The notes under the pieces were generated by a model, which ran no database searches, was not told where the DNA came from, and saw only the letters and a program-made list of their open reading frames with translations. The position numbers and the translations under genes were made by a program. A stretch of 64,000 nucleotides of DNA, from the NCBI GenBank assembly GCA_965223355.1, contig CBDCWE010000003.1, positions 4,833,804 to 4,897,803 of the forward strand, given 5' to 3'. Below, one piece after another: positions 54,725 through 64,000 of this stretch (its first letter is position 1; each line of letters opens with the position of its first letter). This DNA comes from Hyphomicrobiaceae bacterium (lineage in GTDB: Bacteria > Pseudomonadota > Alphaproteobacteria > Rhizobiales > Hyphomicrobiaceae).

Positions 54725-55640
54725 ACTGTTTCTTGCGCGGATCGTAAGGGTTTGATTGCACCCATTCCGACAGGAAATAGGCGAGGCTGTCATCGATCCG
54801 ATCCGGCAGGACTATCGCCACCGTGACGATCTGATCGCCGGTGGTGCCGGTGGTTGTGTTTTTCACACCCTTGCCGCGCAGACGAAACTTGCGCCCGGAA
54901 TTGGTCCCCTTCGGGATCGTCAGGTTGACTGGGCCTGAGATCGTCGGAACCTCGATTTTGGCACCAAGCACGGCTTCGTGAATCCCGATCGGCAGGTTGT
55001 AGAGAATGTTGTCGCCGTCGCGCGCATAGTCGGCGTGTGAGCGGACCCTGATCTCGACATGCGCATCGCCCGGCGGGCCCCCGACCGGGCTGGCCTTGCC
55101 CTTGCCTTTCAAACGCAGAATACGGCCGTCCTCGACGCCTTCGGGCACGCTCAGATCAAGGACGGTTCGATCCGGCAGCGTAACCCTTTTGCGCGCGCCG
55201 TTGACAGCCTCGAGAAAATCCACATCCAGGGTGTAGCGTACATCCTGCCCGCGATTGTTCACGGGCCCATGGAAACGACCACCCGGCCCGCGCACGCCGC
55301 CGAAGAGATCTGAAAAAACATCGCCAAAACCAAAGTCATCGGCGGGGCCGGTTTGGCGGCGGTGCCCGTCAAATCTGCCGAACGGCCCGCCTGCCCCGGT
55401 GAAGGCGTGGCGCGGTTCGCCGGCAGCATCAATTTCACCGCGATCGAACTTCTTGCGCTTTTCGGAATCGCCGACAACATCGTAGGCGAGTGAGAGCTTC
55501 TTGAAGCGCTCGGCGGCGGCCTCATTGTCCGGGTTGACGTCCGGGTGCAGATCCTTGGCCAGCCGACGAAACGCCCGACGAATTTCGCCGTCCGTCGCGC
55601 TCGGACTGACGCCTAGAACAGTATAGGGATTTTCGGCCAT
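54720..55640 (-). CDS. DnaJ-class co-chaperone (CbpA-like: J domain + C-terminal substrate-binding domains, no zinc finger)
   Basis: Start trimmed to MAENPYTVLGV. Has the HPD motif (DLHPDVNP), a G/F-rich linker and DnaJ_C-like repeats. Confidence 0.85.
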   Translation of the reverse strand: MAENPYTVLGVSPSATDGEIRRAFRRLAKDLHPDVNPDNEAAAERFKKLSLAYDVVGDSEKRKKFDRGEIDAAGEPRHAFTGAGGPFGRFDGHRRQTGPADDFGFGDVFSDLFGGVRGPGGRFHGPVNNRGQDVRYTLDVDFLEAVNGARKRVTLPDRTVLDLSVPEGVEDGRILRLKGKGKASPVGGPPGDAHVEIRVRSHADYARDGDNILYNLPIGIHEAVLGAKIEVPTISGPVNLTIPKGTNSGRKFRLRGKGVKNTTTGTTGDQIVTVAIVLPDRIDDSLAYFLSEWVQSNPYDPRKKQS

Positions 55641-55960
55641 CGTCGTGATGAACAAACCTCTTTACCGCGGCTTTCATATTGCGTTTGATTGGCTCATCTG
55701 GCGCCCAGCACGGGCCGACATCAACCAACCAACAGCCATCTAAGCCGCCCCAAGCCCAACCTCGCGTCACCATCGCAAATCAAGGATTTCGCGAGCGATT
55801 CCCACGTTTTATCGCAACAGACAGGGATGCAACAATCTCGTGGTGATTACGGCGAAATGACGACACCGCCGCGCCACTGCCCGGCAACGTGCAAGAGTTG
55901 GAATTGCTCACAACTTGAGCATCTGAACGAACCGTGATCGGGCGACCGGGACAACTGCCG

Positions 55961-57493
55961 CTACGCCTCGATGACAATGCTTGTCGACTTCAATTCCAAC
56001 AGCGTGGCAAGCGCACCAAGCCGGCGGCGCAGACGTTCACCGTCAAAATCTGCAAACGCGGCTGGAATATGCAGCCTGAGGTCGCCACGTTCAACACTGA
56101 CGCCAATGTCGTCGAGAATGCCGGGCAGACCGATCGACAGCATATGGGCCGTGCGCACCGCCGCTGCAAGCACCTTGGCCAGAAACATCAATCGCTTTGG
56201 CGCGTGCTTGCGAAGCTCGGTCGACGGTTCATCGCCACGTGATTCACCGCGCCCGGCGTGGCGAAAGTAGGCGGCCAGCGAGATAAAGTGGCGATCATCG
56301 TGATCAAGCCCCGCGGCCGGTGCGTGCGCCAGAACATAAAGTGACAACTCGCCGCGATGGTCGGGTTGCGCGCGCCACTCGATGTCGGAGACCAAACAGG
56401 CGGCATGGCGCAACCGGCGTTCGTGCTCGGTTTCGACCAGACCGAGCGATGCATACAACCGATCAGTCCACGCACAAAGTTCGACGGCATGGTCATAGGA
56501 TCGCGACCGCAGCCGGGCATAGTCCTCGCAGAATGCGAGCAGCGGATCGCGCGCGCGCTCGGCCGGCGCAAGGTAGCTGAACAGCAAGCCTTCGCGAATG
56601 CCGTAGATGGAGAACCTGACCTCGCTCGGGCGCACCTTCTGGAGCAGCTGCCGCAAGACCAGTGCGCCGTAGGGCATGGTCTCGCGCCGTGATTTCGAAA
56701 CGCGTTTGAAGGCTGCAATTCGCGCCATGATGCGCTCGTCAGCAACGTCTTCGCAAAACGCAATCAACTCATTGCGCCTGATGCTGTAGCCGTGCGTGAC
56801 ACGCAACGGCGCGTTGGTCACCTCCATGTGGAGCTTGGCAAGCGCCCGCCAGGTGCCGCCGATGGCATAAAACCTGCGCCCGCGGCCTTCTTTGAGCCAG
56901 GCAACCTTGGCGAAATCTTCGCTGATCAATTTGCGCGCGACGTCCGCGCGCCCCGCGGCCCGATCAATCAGGCGCAAACCTCCCAGTGGAAGGGTCACAG
57001 CATCTTCAAGATCTGCATCGACAAGATTGATCAGTTCAAGGCTGCCGCCGCCAAGATCACCGCACAATCCATCCGGCGCCTGGAAGCCCATGCGGATGCC
57101 GTTGGCTGCGAGTTCGGCCTCACGCTCGCCGGACAGCACCTGGATGTCGGCGCCGATCAAGTCCTCGGCCCGGCGAATGAACGCGGCACCGTCGCGCGCC
57201 TCGCGAACCGCGGCGGTCGCAATCGCCATGATGTTCTTGGCGCCAAGCGACCGGCAGATGACGCGAAAGCGGCGCAGGGCGGCAAACGCGCGCTCCGTGC
57301 TTTTGCCGGACAGGCGCCCGTCCGTCGTCAAGGACCGACCGAGACCACAGAGCAGCTTTTCATTGAACAGCGGGAAGGGGGCCCGAACCGCGCCCTCATA
57401 GACGACGAGGCGAACGGAGTTCGAGCCAATGTCGACCACGGCGATTGGCTCAAGCTCCCGGAACCGGCCCAGCTCAAATGGGCGTTCAGACAT
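55961..57493 (-). CDS. ppx: exopolyphosphatase (Ppx/GppA family)
   Basis: AVVDIGSNSVRLVVYE at the N-terminus and DLGGGSLEL, downstream of ppk. Confidence 0.9.
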   Translation of the reverse strand: MSERPFELGRFRELEPIAVVDIGSNSVRLVVYEGAVRAPFPLFNEKLLCGLGRSLTTDGRLSGKSTERAFAALRRFRVICRSLGAKNIMAIATAAVREARDGAAFIRRAEDLIGADIQVLSGEREAELAANGIRMGFQAPDGLCGDLGGGSLELINLVDADLEDAVTLPLGGLRLIDRAAGRADVARKLISEDFAKVAWLKEGRGRRFYAIGGTWRALAKLHMEVTNAPLRVTHGYSIRRNELIAFCEDVADERIMARIAAFKRVSKSRRETMPYGALVLRQLLQKVRPSEVRFSIYGIREGLLFSYLAPAERARDPLLAFCEDYARLRSRSYDHAVELCAWTDRLYASLGLVETEHERRLRHAACLVSDIEWRAQPDHRGELSLYVLAHAPAAGLDHDDRHFISLAAYFRHAGRGESRGDEPSTELRKHAPKRLMFLAKVLAAAVRTAHMLSIGLPGILDDIGVSVERGDLRLHIPAAFADFDGERLRRRLGALATLLELKSTSIVIEA

Positions 57494-57639
57494 GGCGCGG
57501 GACGTTCCTCGTAGTCTCGACAGTTCCAGAATTCAATCTGCTTATATGCAATTGTCGCGCGGTTATGAAGTGATTCCGCACGCCTGTAATCCACCGACAT
57601 CGTGACGCGCCTCGTCCTGGCCCGCCGTCACTGCTCGGT

Positions 57640-57785
57640 CGGTCGGGGTCCAGGGGTCCAACCCCTGGTCGGGGTGTATGAGGGGCGGACAAGCCCCTCA
57701 AAAATCGCCGCCAAGCGGCGATATGTCAGGGCTTTCAGCCCTAACAACCCGACCAAAGGGCCTGCCCTTTGGAAACCTGCACCTT
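57640..57785 (+). repeat. B-type five-hairpin mosaic element, copy B7 (complete H1-H5) in the ppk-ppx spacer
   Basis: H1 at 57650-57668, H2 at 57680-57699, H3 at 57704-57722, H4 at 57725-57745, and H5 at 57753-57772. Confidence 0.9.
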
Positions 57786-57815
57786 GTTTACGAAGTTGCC
57801 TGAGGCGGCGATAAT

Positions 57816-60044
57816 CTAGATCTTGAGGCGTGGCGGCTTGTCCTGCTCGATTGCCTGGCCACGACCCGACAGGCTCGGGTTGTTCATGAAATAGTCGTGC
57901 GCATTGAAGTTGCGGGTGTCCTGCGGCGGCTCGATACGCTCGTGTGAACCGTCGCTCAAGATCCGCCAGCTTTGCTGATTGTCGCGCATGTTGGCGCCCA
58001 TCACTTGATCGAGGATCTGTTCGTGGACCGTTGCATTGACAATCGGCACCATTGCTTCGACCCGGCGATCGAGATTGCGCTGCATCATATCGGCGGAACT
58101 GATGTAGACGGCCGCGCGCCGCGAGGGCAGACCATGACCCTGTCCGAAACAGTAAATCCGCGAATGCTCCAGGAAGCGGCCGATGACGCTCTTGACCCGG
58201 ATGTTCTGCGACAGCCCCGCAATCCCGGGACGCAGGCAGCAGATACCGCGGATCACGAGATCGATCTGCACGCCGCCGTTACTGGCCTCATAGAGCTTTT
58301 CGATGATGCCGGGATCGACAAGCGAATTGAGCTTCCACCAAATCGCCGCCGATCTCCCGGCCTTGGCATGGGCGATCTCGGCATCGATGTGCTCGACGAT
58401 CCGTTGGCGAATGCCGCCCGGGCTGGCCGCCATTTTCGCAAGCTTGGCCGGTTTGCCGTAGCCGGTGACGTAATTGAAGATCCGCGACACATCGCGGGCG
58501 ATGTCGGGATCATCGGTGAAGTACGACAGATCGGTGTAAATCCGCGCCGTCTGCGGGTGATAGTTGCCCGTGCCGATGTGGCAGTAGGTGATCGTCTTGC
58601 TGCCCTCCGTGCGCACAACCATGCCCAGTTTGGCGTGGGTTTTGAGCTGCTGGAAACCGTAGACGATGTGGACGCCGGCCTTCTCAAGCTCGCGGGCGAC
58701 ATTGATGTTGGCGCTTTCATCAAAGCGGGCCTTGAGTTCGACGACGGCGGTGACGGATTTGCCGAGTTCTGCAGCCTCTTTCAGAGCCTCGACGATCGGG
58801 CTGTTTTCCTTCGAGGTGCGATAGAGGGTCCATTTGATGGCGTGGACGTCCGGATCCTGCACCGCCTGGCGGAGATAGCGCAGCACGACTTCGAACGACT
58901 CATAGGGATGGTGGACGACAAAGTCCTTGCCCCGGATCGCAGCAAACACGTTGCCGCCCAATTCCTCGACGCGCTCGGGAAAGCGTGGGTTGAAGGGCGG
59001 AAACAAATGCTCAGGGCGATCGTTAACGATCAGCTTCGAAATGTCGGCCATACCGAGGATTGCGTTCTTGATAAACACCGCCTCTGATTTGACGTTGAGG
59101 CGGTCGATCACGAACTGGCGCAAGGCCGGGCGCATGTCGGATTGCACTTCGAGGCGAATAACGTTGCCCTGGCGGCGGCGCTTGAGCAGCGCCTCGTAGG
59201 CCTTGGTCAGGTCCTCAGCCTCCTCCTGGTACTCGATGTCGCTGTCACGCAGCACGCGAAACGTGCCGTGATGACGAATTGCAAACGACGGAAACAGCTC
59301 GTGGAGGAACAGGCCGATGATCGCTTCGATGCTGACGAAACGAATTGCGTTTTGCCCGCTGTCTGCGGATGGCAGGCGGAAGAAGCGCTCCAGGCTCGGC
59401 GGTATCGGAATGAGACCGGTCATGGACTTGTCGTCGTTGTCGACCATGTCAACGGCAATCGTCAGGCCGCGGTTCGATATGAACGGGAAGGGATGCGACG
59501 GGTCGACGTTGAGCGGTGTCAGGATCGGGAAAATATCGTCGAGAAACTTGGTCTCGAGCAGCGCCCGTTCATCGGCCGCCAAATCCGCGGCATCGACAAG
59601 GCGGATGCCGGCCCGTTCGAGTTCGTCCTTGATGCTCGTCCACAGCCGCGATTTTTCCTCGACGAGTTCAGCCGCGAAGGCATTGATGGCCCGCAATTGC
59701 TGCGCCGGTGTCTTACCATCAACGCTGACTTCGTTAACGCTGTTGAGCAGCTGGCCGTAAATACCGGCCGCACGCACCATGTAGAATTCATCGAGGTTGG
59801 AAGCTGAGATCGACAGAAAGCGCAAGCGCTCCAACAGCGGATGATTGCGATTGTCGGCCTCCTCGAGGACCCGCTTGTTGAACTGCAGCCAGGACAGTTC
59901 ACGGTTGTAAAACCGGTTAGGGCCAACCGGAACGTCGCCCGGTTGGGCACCCTTTGATCCGTTGCGCTTTGTTGCCGGTTTGGGCCTTGCCACCTTCGCG
60001 CTGCCTTTGGCTTTGCCCTTGCCCTGTACCTTCGCGAGTGCCAT
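57816..60044 (-). CDS. ppk: polyphosphate kinase 1
   Basis: Start trimmed to MALAKVQGKG. Has NRELSWLQFNKRVLEEA, HAKLGMV (phospho-His region) and a C-terminal RFLEHSRIY. Confidence 0.95.
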   Translation of the reverse strand: MALAKVQGKGKAKGSAKVARPKPATKRNGSKGAQPGDVPVGPNRFYNRELSWLQFNKRVLEEADNRNHPLLERLRFLSISASNLDEFYMVRAAGIYGQLLNSVNEVSVDGKTPAQQLRAINAFAAELVEEKSRLWTSIKDELERAGIRLVDAADLAADERALLETKFLDDIFPILTPLNVDPSHPFPFISNRGLTIAVDMVDNDDKSMTGLIPIPPSLERFFRLPSADSGQNAIRFVSIEAIIGLFLHELFPSFAIRHHGTFRVLRDSDIEYQEEAEDLTKAYEALLKRRRQGNVIRLEVQSDMRPALRQFVIDRLNVKSEAVFIKNAILGMADISKLIVNDRPEHLFPPFNPRFPERVEELGGNVFAAIRGKDFVVHHPYESFEVVLRYLRQAVQDPDVHAIKWTLYRTSKENSPIVEALKEAAELGKSVTAVVELKARFDESANINVARELEKAGVHIVYGFQQLKTHAKLGMVVRTEGSKTITYCHIGTGNYHPQTARIYTDLSYFTDDPDIARDVSRIFNYVTGYGKPAKLAKMAASPGGIRQRIVEHIDAEIAHAKAGRSAAIWWKLNSLVDPGIIEKLYEASNGGVQIDLVIRGICCLRPGIAGLSQNIRVKSVIGRFLEHSRIYCFGQGHGLPSRRAAVYISSADMMQRNLDRRVEAMVPIVNATVHEQILDQVMGANMRDNQQSWRILSDGSHERIEPPQDTRNFNAHDYFMNNPSLSGRGQAIEQDKPPRLKI

Positions 60045-60232
60045 CAGATGTCGATCTCCGAAAATAGCCGCCGGTGCCACCGGCCAACCTCATCCAGCGG
60101 CAATCCGTGCCGATGATGTATTTTTAACTCGTGCCGGGACCCAGCTAGCCCGCCGATATGTGTTCGCATGCGCACACTATCCGAGATTGCCGCAACTTGA
60201 GAATGGCAAGGTTAATCAATTTCGTACGAATC

Positions 60233-60910
60233 TTAGTGTATTACTGGAAAAAGTTTACAAATTACTTGGCGAGCCAAATGCTTTGTGACCCGTCGTTGGG
60301 CCGACAGCGAGGCCCGGTCGATCTCGGTGACGAGCCGCACCGCAGCCTCCGCAGATCGCTCCATATGGTTGAGGAGATAGCCGACAGTTGCAGGCTCAAC
60401 GCGCAATTGGCGATCCATGAACAACTTGACGAGCAGGCCCTGCAGGAGCGTGTCGTCGGGCGGAGCGATCGCTGCCACCGGCAACGCGCGCAGGCGCGAT
60501 CTGAGATCGGGTAATGTCACGTCGAGTTCACCAGGTGGAAGCCGTGTCGTCAGCAGGATCGCGCGCTGCCTTTCGCGAGCAATGTTGAGGAGATGAAACA
60601 GCGCCCGCTCGCTCGCCAGACCACGATCGATATCTTCTATCGCCAGGCTGGGGGCCGACGCCAATTCGCCCGCCAGCTCGTCACTCAGTTCGTCGGCCCG
60701 GATCAACCTGGCGGCGCTGCGCTGGCGCCAGACGTTGACGAGATGGCTCTTGCCGACACCGGCCGGGCCGCAGATGATCGCGCCGACATTGAGCCACTGA
60801 GGCCACGAACCGACCAGGTCCACAGCCGCCCGGTTCGATGCCGAGACCAGAAAATCTTCGGCATCCTGCGAGGTCAAATGCGGAAGGTCGAACACCAGCT
60901 GCTCAGGCAT
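60233..60910 (-). CDS. hdaA: DnaA regulatory inactivator Hda/HdaA
   Basis: Start trimmed to MPEQLVFDL. Has a Walker A-like GPAGVGKSHL and a DnaA-type AAA+ core without a DNA-binding domain. Confidence 0.85.
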   Translation of the reverse strand: MPEQLVFDLPHLTSQDAEDFLVSASNRAAVDLVGSWPQWLNVGAIICGPAGVGKSHLVNVWRQRSAARLIRADELSDELAGELASAPSLAIEDIDRGLASERALFHLLNIARERQRAILLTTRLPPGELDVTLPDLRSRLRALPVAAIAPPDDTLLQGLLVKLFMDRQLRVEPATVGYLLNHMERSAEAAVRLVTEIDRASLSAQRRVTKHLARQVICKLFPVIH

Positions 60911-60976
60911 ATCCGAACGCTCTTTTGGCCGAACCGGGAACCTTAACTGACATAGCAATTGGGCTATGGACGGGCG

Positions 60977-62080
60977 CTACGTCGGCTCATTGCTGCCGTC
61001 TCCTTTGTAGATCGGGCTCTTCAGGTAGAGTTCCAGGGCAAACCGGATCAACACACCGATGGCGGCCGCGACGGGCACGGCCACGAGCACGCCGACAAAC
61101 CCAAACAGATAACTGAACACGAACAGGGAGAAAATAAGGGCAACCGGATGCAAACCGACCTTTGGCCCGACCACGCGCGGGGCCAGGATCCCGGCATCGA
61201 GCGCCTGGCCCGCGGCAAATATCGCGATCACCATGAGCAGCAGCGACAGGTCCGGCCAACCCTGCACGATGGCAAGGATCGACGCCGTGATCAGCCCCAG
61301 CGCCGAGCCGACGACCGGCACGAACGTGAGGAGGCCCGTGAAGATGCCGACGAACAGACCGTAGCGCAAACCGATGGCCGTCAATGCGACGGTGTAGAGG
61401 GTGCCAAGGATCAGACATACCAGGCCCTGACCGCGTATGAACGCCGACAGCGCCGCGTCCATGTCGGCGAACACGCGGCGAATGGTTGCCTCATGATCGC
61501 GCGGCAACCACTCTCCGAGACGCCTTAACATGGCCGGCCAATCGACCAGCAAATAGAACACGACAACCGGCGTGATCAGGAGCACAGCAAGAAAATCAAC
61601 GATCGCCCAGCCGCGGTCCCAGGCGCCCTGCGCGACGGACCGGGCAATGCCGGCCCAGTTTTTCTCGAGCTCGTCGAGGCCGAACTGCAACGCTGTGCGG
61701 ACGGCATCGAAGCGGCTGCCGAAGGTGTCCTTGAGCCAGGTTTCCAACGCCGGACGGATCGACTGCAAATCCTGCGGCAGCGAGGCTGCAAGTTGTTGGC
61801 CTTGTTGCAGCAGCAGCGGCACGAGGACCAGCAATACGAGCACGAACACGACCACCAATAAAACGACCGTCAGCGCCGATGCTGCCACGCGACCAATGCC
61901 GAGGTACTCCAGGCGATCGGTGATCGGATTGAGAGCATAGGCCAGCACCATGCCTGCAACGAACGGCAACAGGATGTCTTGGAGAATGAGAATGAAAATC
62001 ACAAAAGCGATCGCGATGATCGACCAGAACAGGACCTGACGCTGCTGGCGAATGCTCTGGTTTGGCGACGGTTCGCCCAT
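60977..62080 (-). CDS. AI-2E-family (PerM/YhhT-like) transporter
   Basis: The ATG at 62080 is preceded by AGGAGA. About eight TM segments, with the typical C-terminal FGFVGVLVAVPVAA. Confidence 0.8.
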   Translation of the reverse strand: MGEPSPNQSIRQQRQVLFWSIIAIAFVIFILILQDILLPFVAGMVLAYALNPITDRLEYLGIGRVAASALTVVLLVVVFVLVLLVLVPLLLQQGQQLAASLPQDLQSIRPALETWLKDTFGSRFDAVRTALQFGLDELEKNWAGIARSVAQGAWDRGWAIVDFLAVLLITPVVVFYLLVDWPAMLRRLGEWLPRDHEATIRRVFADMDAALSAFIRGQGLVCLILGTLYTVALTAIGLRYGLFVGIFTGLLTFVPVVGSALGLITASILAIVQGWPDLSLLLMVIAIFAAGQALDAGILAPRVVGPKVGLHPVALIFSLFVFSYLFGFVGVLVAVPVAAAIGVLIRFALELYLKSPIYKGDGSNEPT

Positions 62081-62227
62081 GCTGCCACGTCTCCTGTTGG
62101 CGGTTGTTGCCCTTAACCGCCCGGCGCGACGATACCATTGATCGGGAGTTGGAACATCTGCCATTTCCGCCTGCGGCGGGTCGCGCTCACCTGCTCGCTG
62201 CCGCGGGCGCGACGCGCCGGCTACCGC

Positions 62228-63352
62228 TTATCTGAGGATCCAAGTGTCGTTATAGGGGGTCAGCGTCACGCCCTGCGATGCGAGTGCGGCGCGAAGTTGG
62301 TCGCCGCCGCCCGGGTAGCGCAGCACGACGCTGGCACCGTCGGCCGACAGCCCGCCGGTCTGCAAGTCTTCGACCCCCGGCAACCGTTCCAAGGTCTGCT
62401 GATGGCGGCGCCACTCGGCGAGATTGGCGAACTCCACCCATATCTGCACGCTCTGCAGTGGCCCGGCGGCATAACCGCCGGCGGTGACCGGCGCCTTTAC
62501 CGCCTTCCATCGCCCTTCGACAATGCCGAGCGACACGACGGCAGCAAGTTCGAGCGCGTAGGCAAAATCGGCGGGATCGAGGCGATAACGACGCACCAGC
62601 CTGAAAGCGCCAACCGCATCGCGTCCGGTGATCACGACGCTCAAACGTTTGGCGGCCAGATCTGGTTCGGCCACGGCGAGCAGGACCTGCTCATTTTGAT
62701 ACTGGCCGGTCACGATGCGCAGGCCTGAGAAGTCGCCAACACGGAGCTGGGCTACCGTGTCGGCCTGCAACTGCTTGGCCGGCCGGCGCATGCGGACCGG
62801 CGTGACCGAATTGGACAAGTCGAGATCCGCCCAAATACCGGTCCACAGCGATTGGCCGTTGCGCGCCGACATCTCAGCCGTGCTGGCGGCGGCGTTCGGC
62901 GGAGCCCGGTAGATCGGCACCAACACCGTCGGCGGCGCCGGATTGTCGACGAACGGGACGGCTCGGCGCTTGAGTTCGGCGCGCACGGCATTGGCCAGAA
63001 ACGTATAGTCAAGGCTTGCAACGTAACGCGTCTGGGAACTGCGCTCCGACTTGACGGCGACGCTCTTGATGAACGGGCTCGGGTCCAACGCCTTGACGGA
63101 CTTCAAGCGCTGATAGGCGGTCACCGGCACGATCCGCTTGAGCAGCGATCTAAAGGCCGCCGCCCGCCCATCATTGATCGCCATGCGTTTGGCGGCCACC
63201 GCATTCTTGGCGGTTGCTTCGACCGGATAATTGCCGATCGTATAGACCCGGTCGGTCGCGGCCACGGCGTGCGAGGCGATTACCGCCACCGCCGCCAAGG
63301 TGGCGACCACGGCGCAGATTGCCGGCACCGGATCGCGAACCGCTCTACACAT
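62228..63352 (-). CDS. DUF2066-family periplasmic protein
   Basis: Start trimmed to MCRAVRDP plus a signal-like segment. The family was recalled from its conserved position next to purM in alphaproteobacteria and needs an HMM check. Confidence 0.6.
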   Translation of the reverse strand: MCRAVRDPVPAICAVVATLAAVAVIASHAVAATDRVYTIGNYPVEATAKNAVAAKRMAINDGRAAAFRSLLKRIVPVTAYQRLKSVKALDPSPFIKSVAVKSERSSQTRYVASLDYTFLANAVRAELKRRAVPFVDNPAPPTVLVPIYRAPPNAAASTAEMSARNGQSLWTGIWADLDLSNSVTPVRMRRPAKQLQADTVAQLRVGDFSGLRIVTGQYQNEQVLLAVAEPDLAAKRLSVVITGRDAVGAFRLVRRYRLDPADFAYALELAAVVSLGIVEGRWKAVKAPVTAGGYAAGPLQSVQIWVEFANLAEWRRHQQTLERLPGVEDLQTGGLSADGASVVLRYPGGGDQLRAALASQGVTLTPYNDTWILR

Positions 63353-63633
63353 TCGGTGCAATCGCTTTCTCCTCAACTTAGCGATGACCATGGATTGCTG
63401 AACTTTGCCAAAATCTGCTACTTGCAAGCAAGGTCAAGCGCCGCTTACCACGGCCAAGCTTTGGGGCGAAAGTTGGATTGCGTCAATCCGTTGCGCGCGC
63501 GAGAGCTGGCCGTTGCGCGTGAGAGCCGCGTTGCACACAGATCATTGGCCGCTCCGTTTCTGCGATGCGCGGCGGCGGCGATCAGCCAGGAGAAACTCGC
63601 TTGCCGCAACCTCCGTCCCGCCCCAACACACCG

Positions 63634-64000
63634 GTGACCTACCGCGATGCCGGCGTTGATATCGACGCCGGACATCGGTTGGTCGAGACCATTAAGCCGA
63701 TGGCCAAGGCAACGCGCAGGCCCGGGGCCGAGGCCGACCTTGGTGGATTTGGCGGCGTGTTTGATTTGCAGGCGGCCGGGTTCAAGGACCCGATCCTGGT
63801 GGCGGCCAACGACGGCGTCGGCACCAAACTCAAAATCGCGATCGCTACCGGCAAGCATGACACGATCGGCATCGATCTGGTTGCAATGTGCGTCAACGAT
63901 CTGATCGTCCAGGGGGCTGAACCCCTGTTCTTCCTCGATTATTTCTCCTGCGGCCAGCTCGACACCGCGGTCGCTGGCGCCGTGATCTCAGGAGTTGCCG
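63634..64000 (+). CDS. purM: phosphoribosylformylglycinamidine cyclo-ligase, 5' part (runs off the window)
   Basis: The frame reads [21 protein letters not shown]...GGFGGVFDL...[12 protein letters not shown]...[23 protein letters not shown]. It is not in the ORF track because no stop is reached. The start is either the GTG at 63634 or the ATG at 63565. Confidence 0.9.
   Translation, partial: MTYRDAGVDIDAGHRLVETIKPMAKATRRPGAEADLGGFGGVFDLQAAGFKDPILVAANDGVGTKLKIAIATGKHDTIGIDLVAMCVNDLIVQGAEPLFFLDYFSCGQLDTAVAGAVISGVA

Noticed and set aside
57602-57814. ORFs encoding PLVGVYEGRTSPSKIAA..-like peptides (also 14826..15035, 35725..35934, 48700..48924 and the C-terminal part of 50451..50918)
   Set aside because: These are translations of the B-type hairpin arrays in one or the other orientation, so the recurring peptide is an artefact of repeat DNA.
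57972-59087. 371-aa ORF antisense to ppk (and similar ORFs at 59142..59807, 41946..42917 and 45175..45882)
   Set aside because: These are shadow ORFs opposite well-supported genes, and no motifs were recognised.
1-64000. Scan by eye for tRNA, rRNA, tmRNA or RNase P-like sequences (for example GGTTCGAATCC-type T-loops)
   Set aside because: No convincing cloverleaf or rRNA-like stretch was found. The few GGTTCGA hits lie inside the IS transposase gene or in a repeat-associated stem (about 48857-48910). An Infernal or tRNAscan run is still advisable.

Overview
GC-rich chromosomal segment, almost certainly alphaproteobacterial (Hyphomicrobiales-like). This is supported by MucR/Ros, HdaA, DUF1491 and DUF2066, and by the core synteny purM / DUF2066 / AI-2E transporter / hdaA / ppk-ppx / cbpA-like / rnd / aspS at 51-64 kb. 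Protein and DUF family names below are recognised by eye from the translations and need HMM confirmation. The rest is mostly transport and catabolism. There is a Dpp-type ABC importer with SDR, crotonase, class V aminotransferase, GntR and RraA-like genes (0.1-10.6 kb). Further genes are oligopeptidase B, GYD and msrB. A ten-gene tightly overlapping Mrp-like cluster has three antiporter-like subunits plus an extra His-rich small subunit (15.2-22.7 kb). Then come mucR, a DnaA-domain-IV-only protein with a DUF6456-like partner, sufE, and one intact IS5-family (IS427-like) element (29.1-30.0 kb). Next are a PEP-mutase/ICL-family gene with leuCD, a divergent Glu/Leu-type dehydrogenase, trkH, an enolase-superfamily gene with an StcD-like flavoprotein, LysE and EEP genes, and a TRAP transporter. 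No tRNA, rRNA or CRISPR array was seen. Two things stand out. (1) A modular intergenic mosaic-repeat system explains most of the large spacers. It has a ~139-bp double-hairpin element bounded by CTAG, a five-hairpin array, a 16-mer tandem module and a short TAGTGGTCTCAATCAC module. The elements abut or supply TAG stop codons, show compensatory stem changes, were hit by the IS exactly at a junction CTAG, and bracket small gene cassettes in inverted orientation. (2) One such bracketed cassette (36.1-38.0 kb) is a translationally coupled trio: an unknown Cys-rich membrane protein, a 52-aa ORF below the ORF-track cutoff, and a membrane-anchored PP2C phosphatase with no kinase or FHA partner. This trio is my best candidate for an undescribed system. 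All functional calls rest on by-eye motif and family recognition and need HMM/BLAST confirmation.
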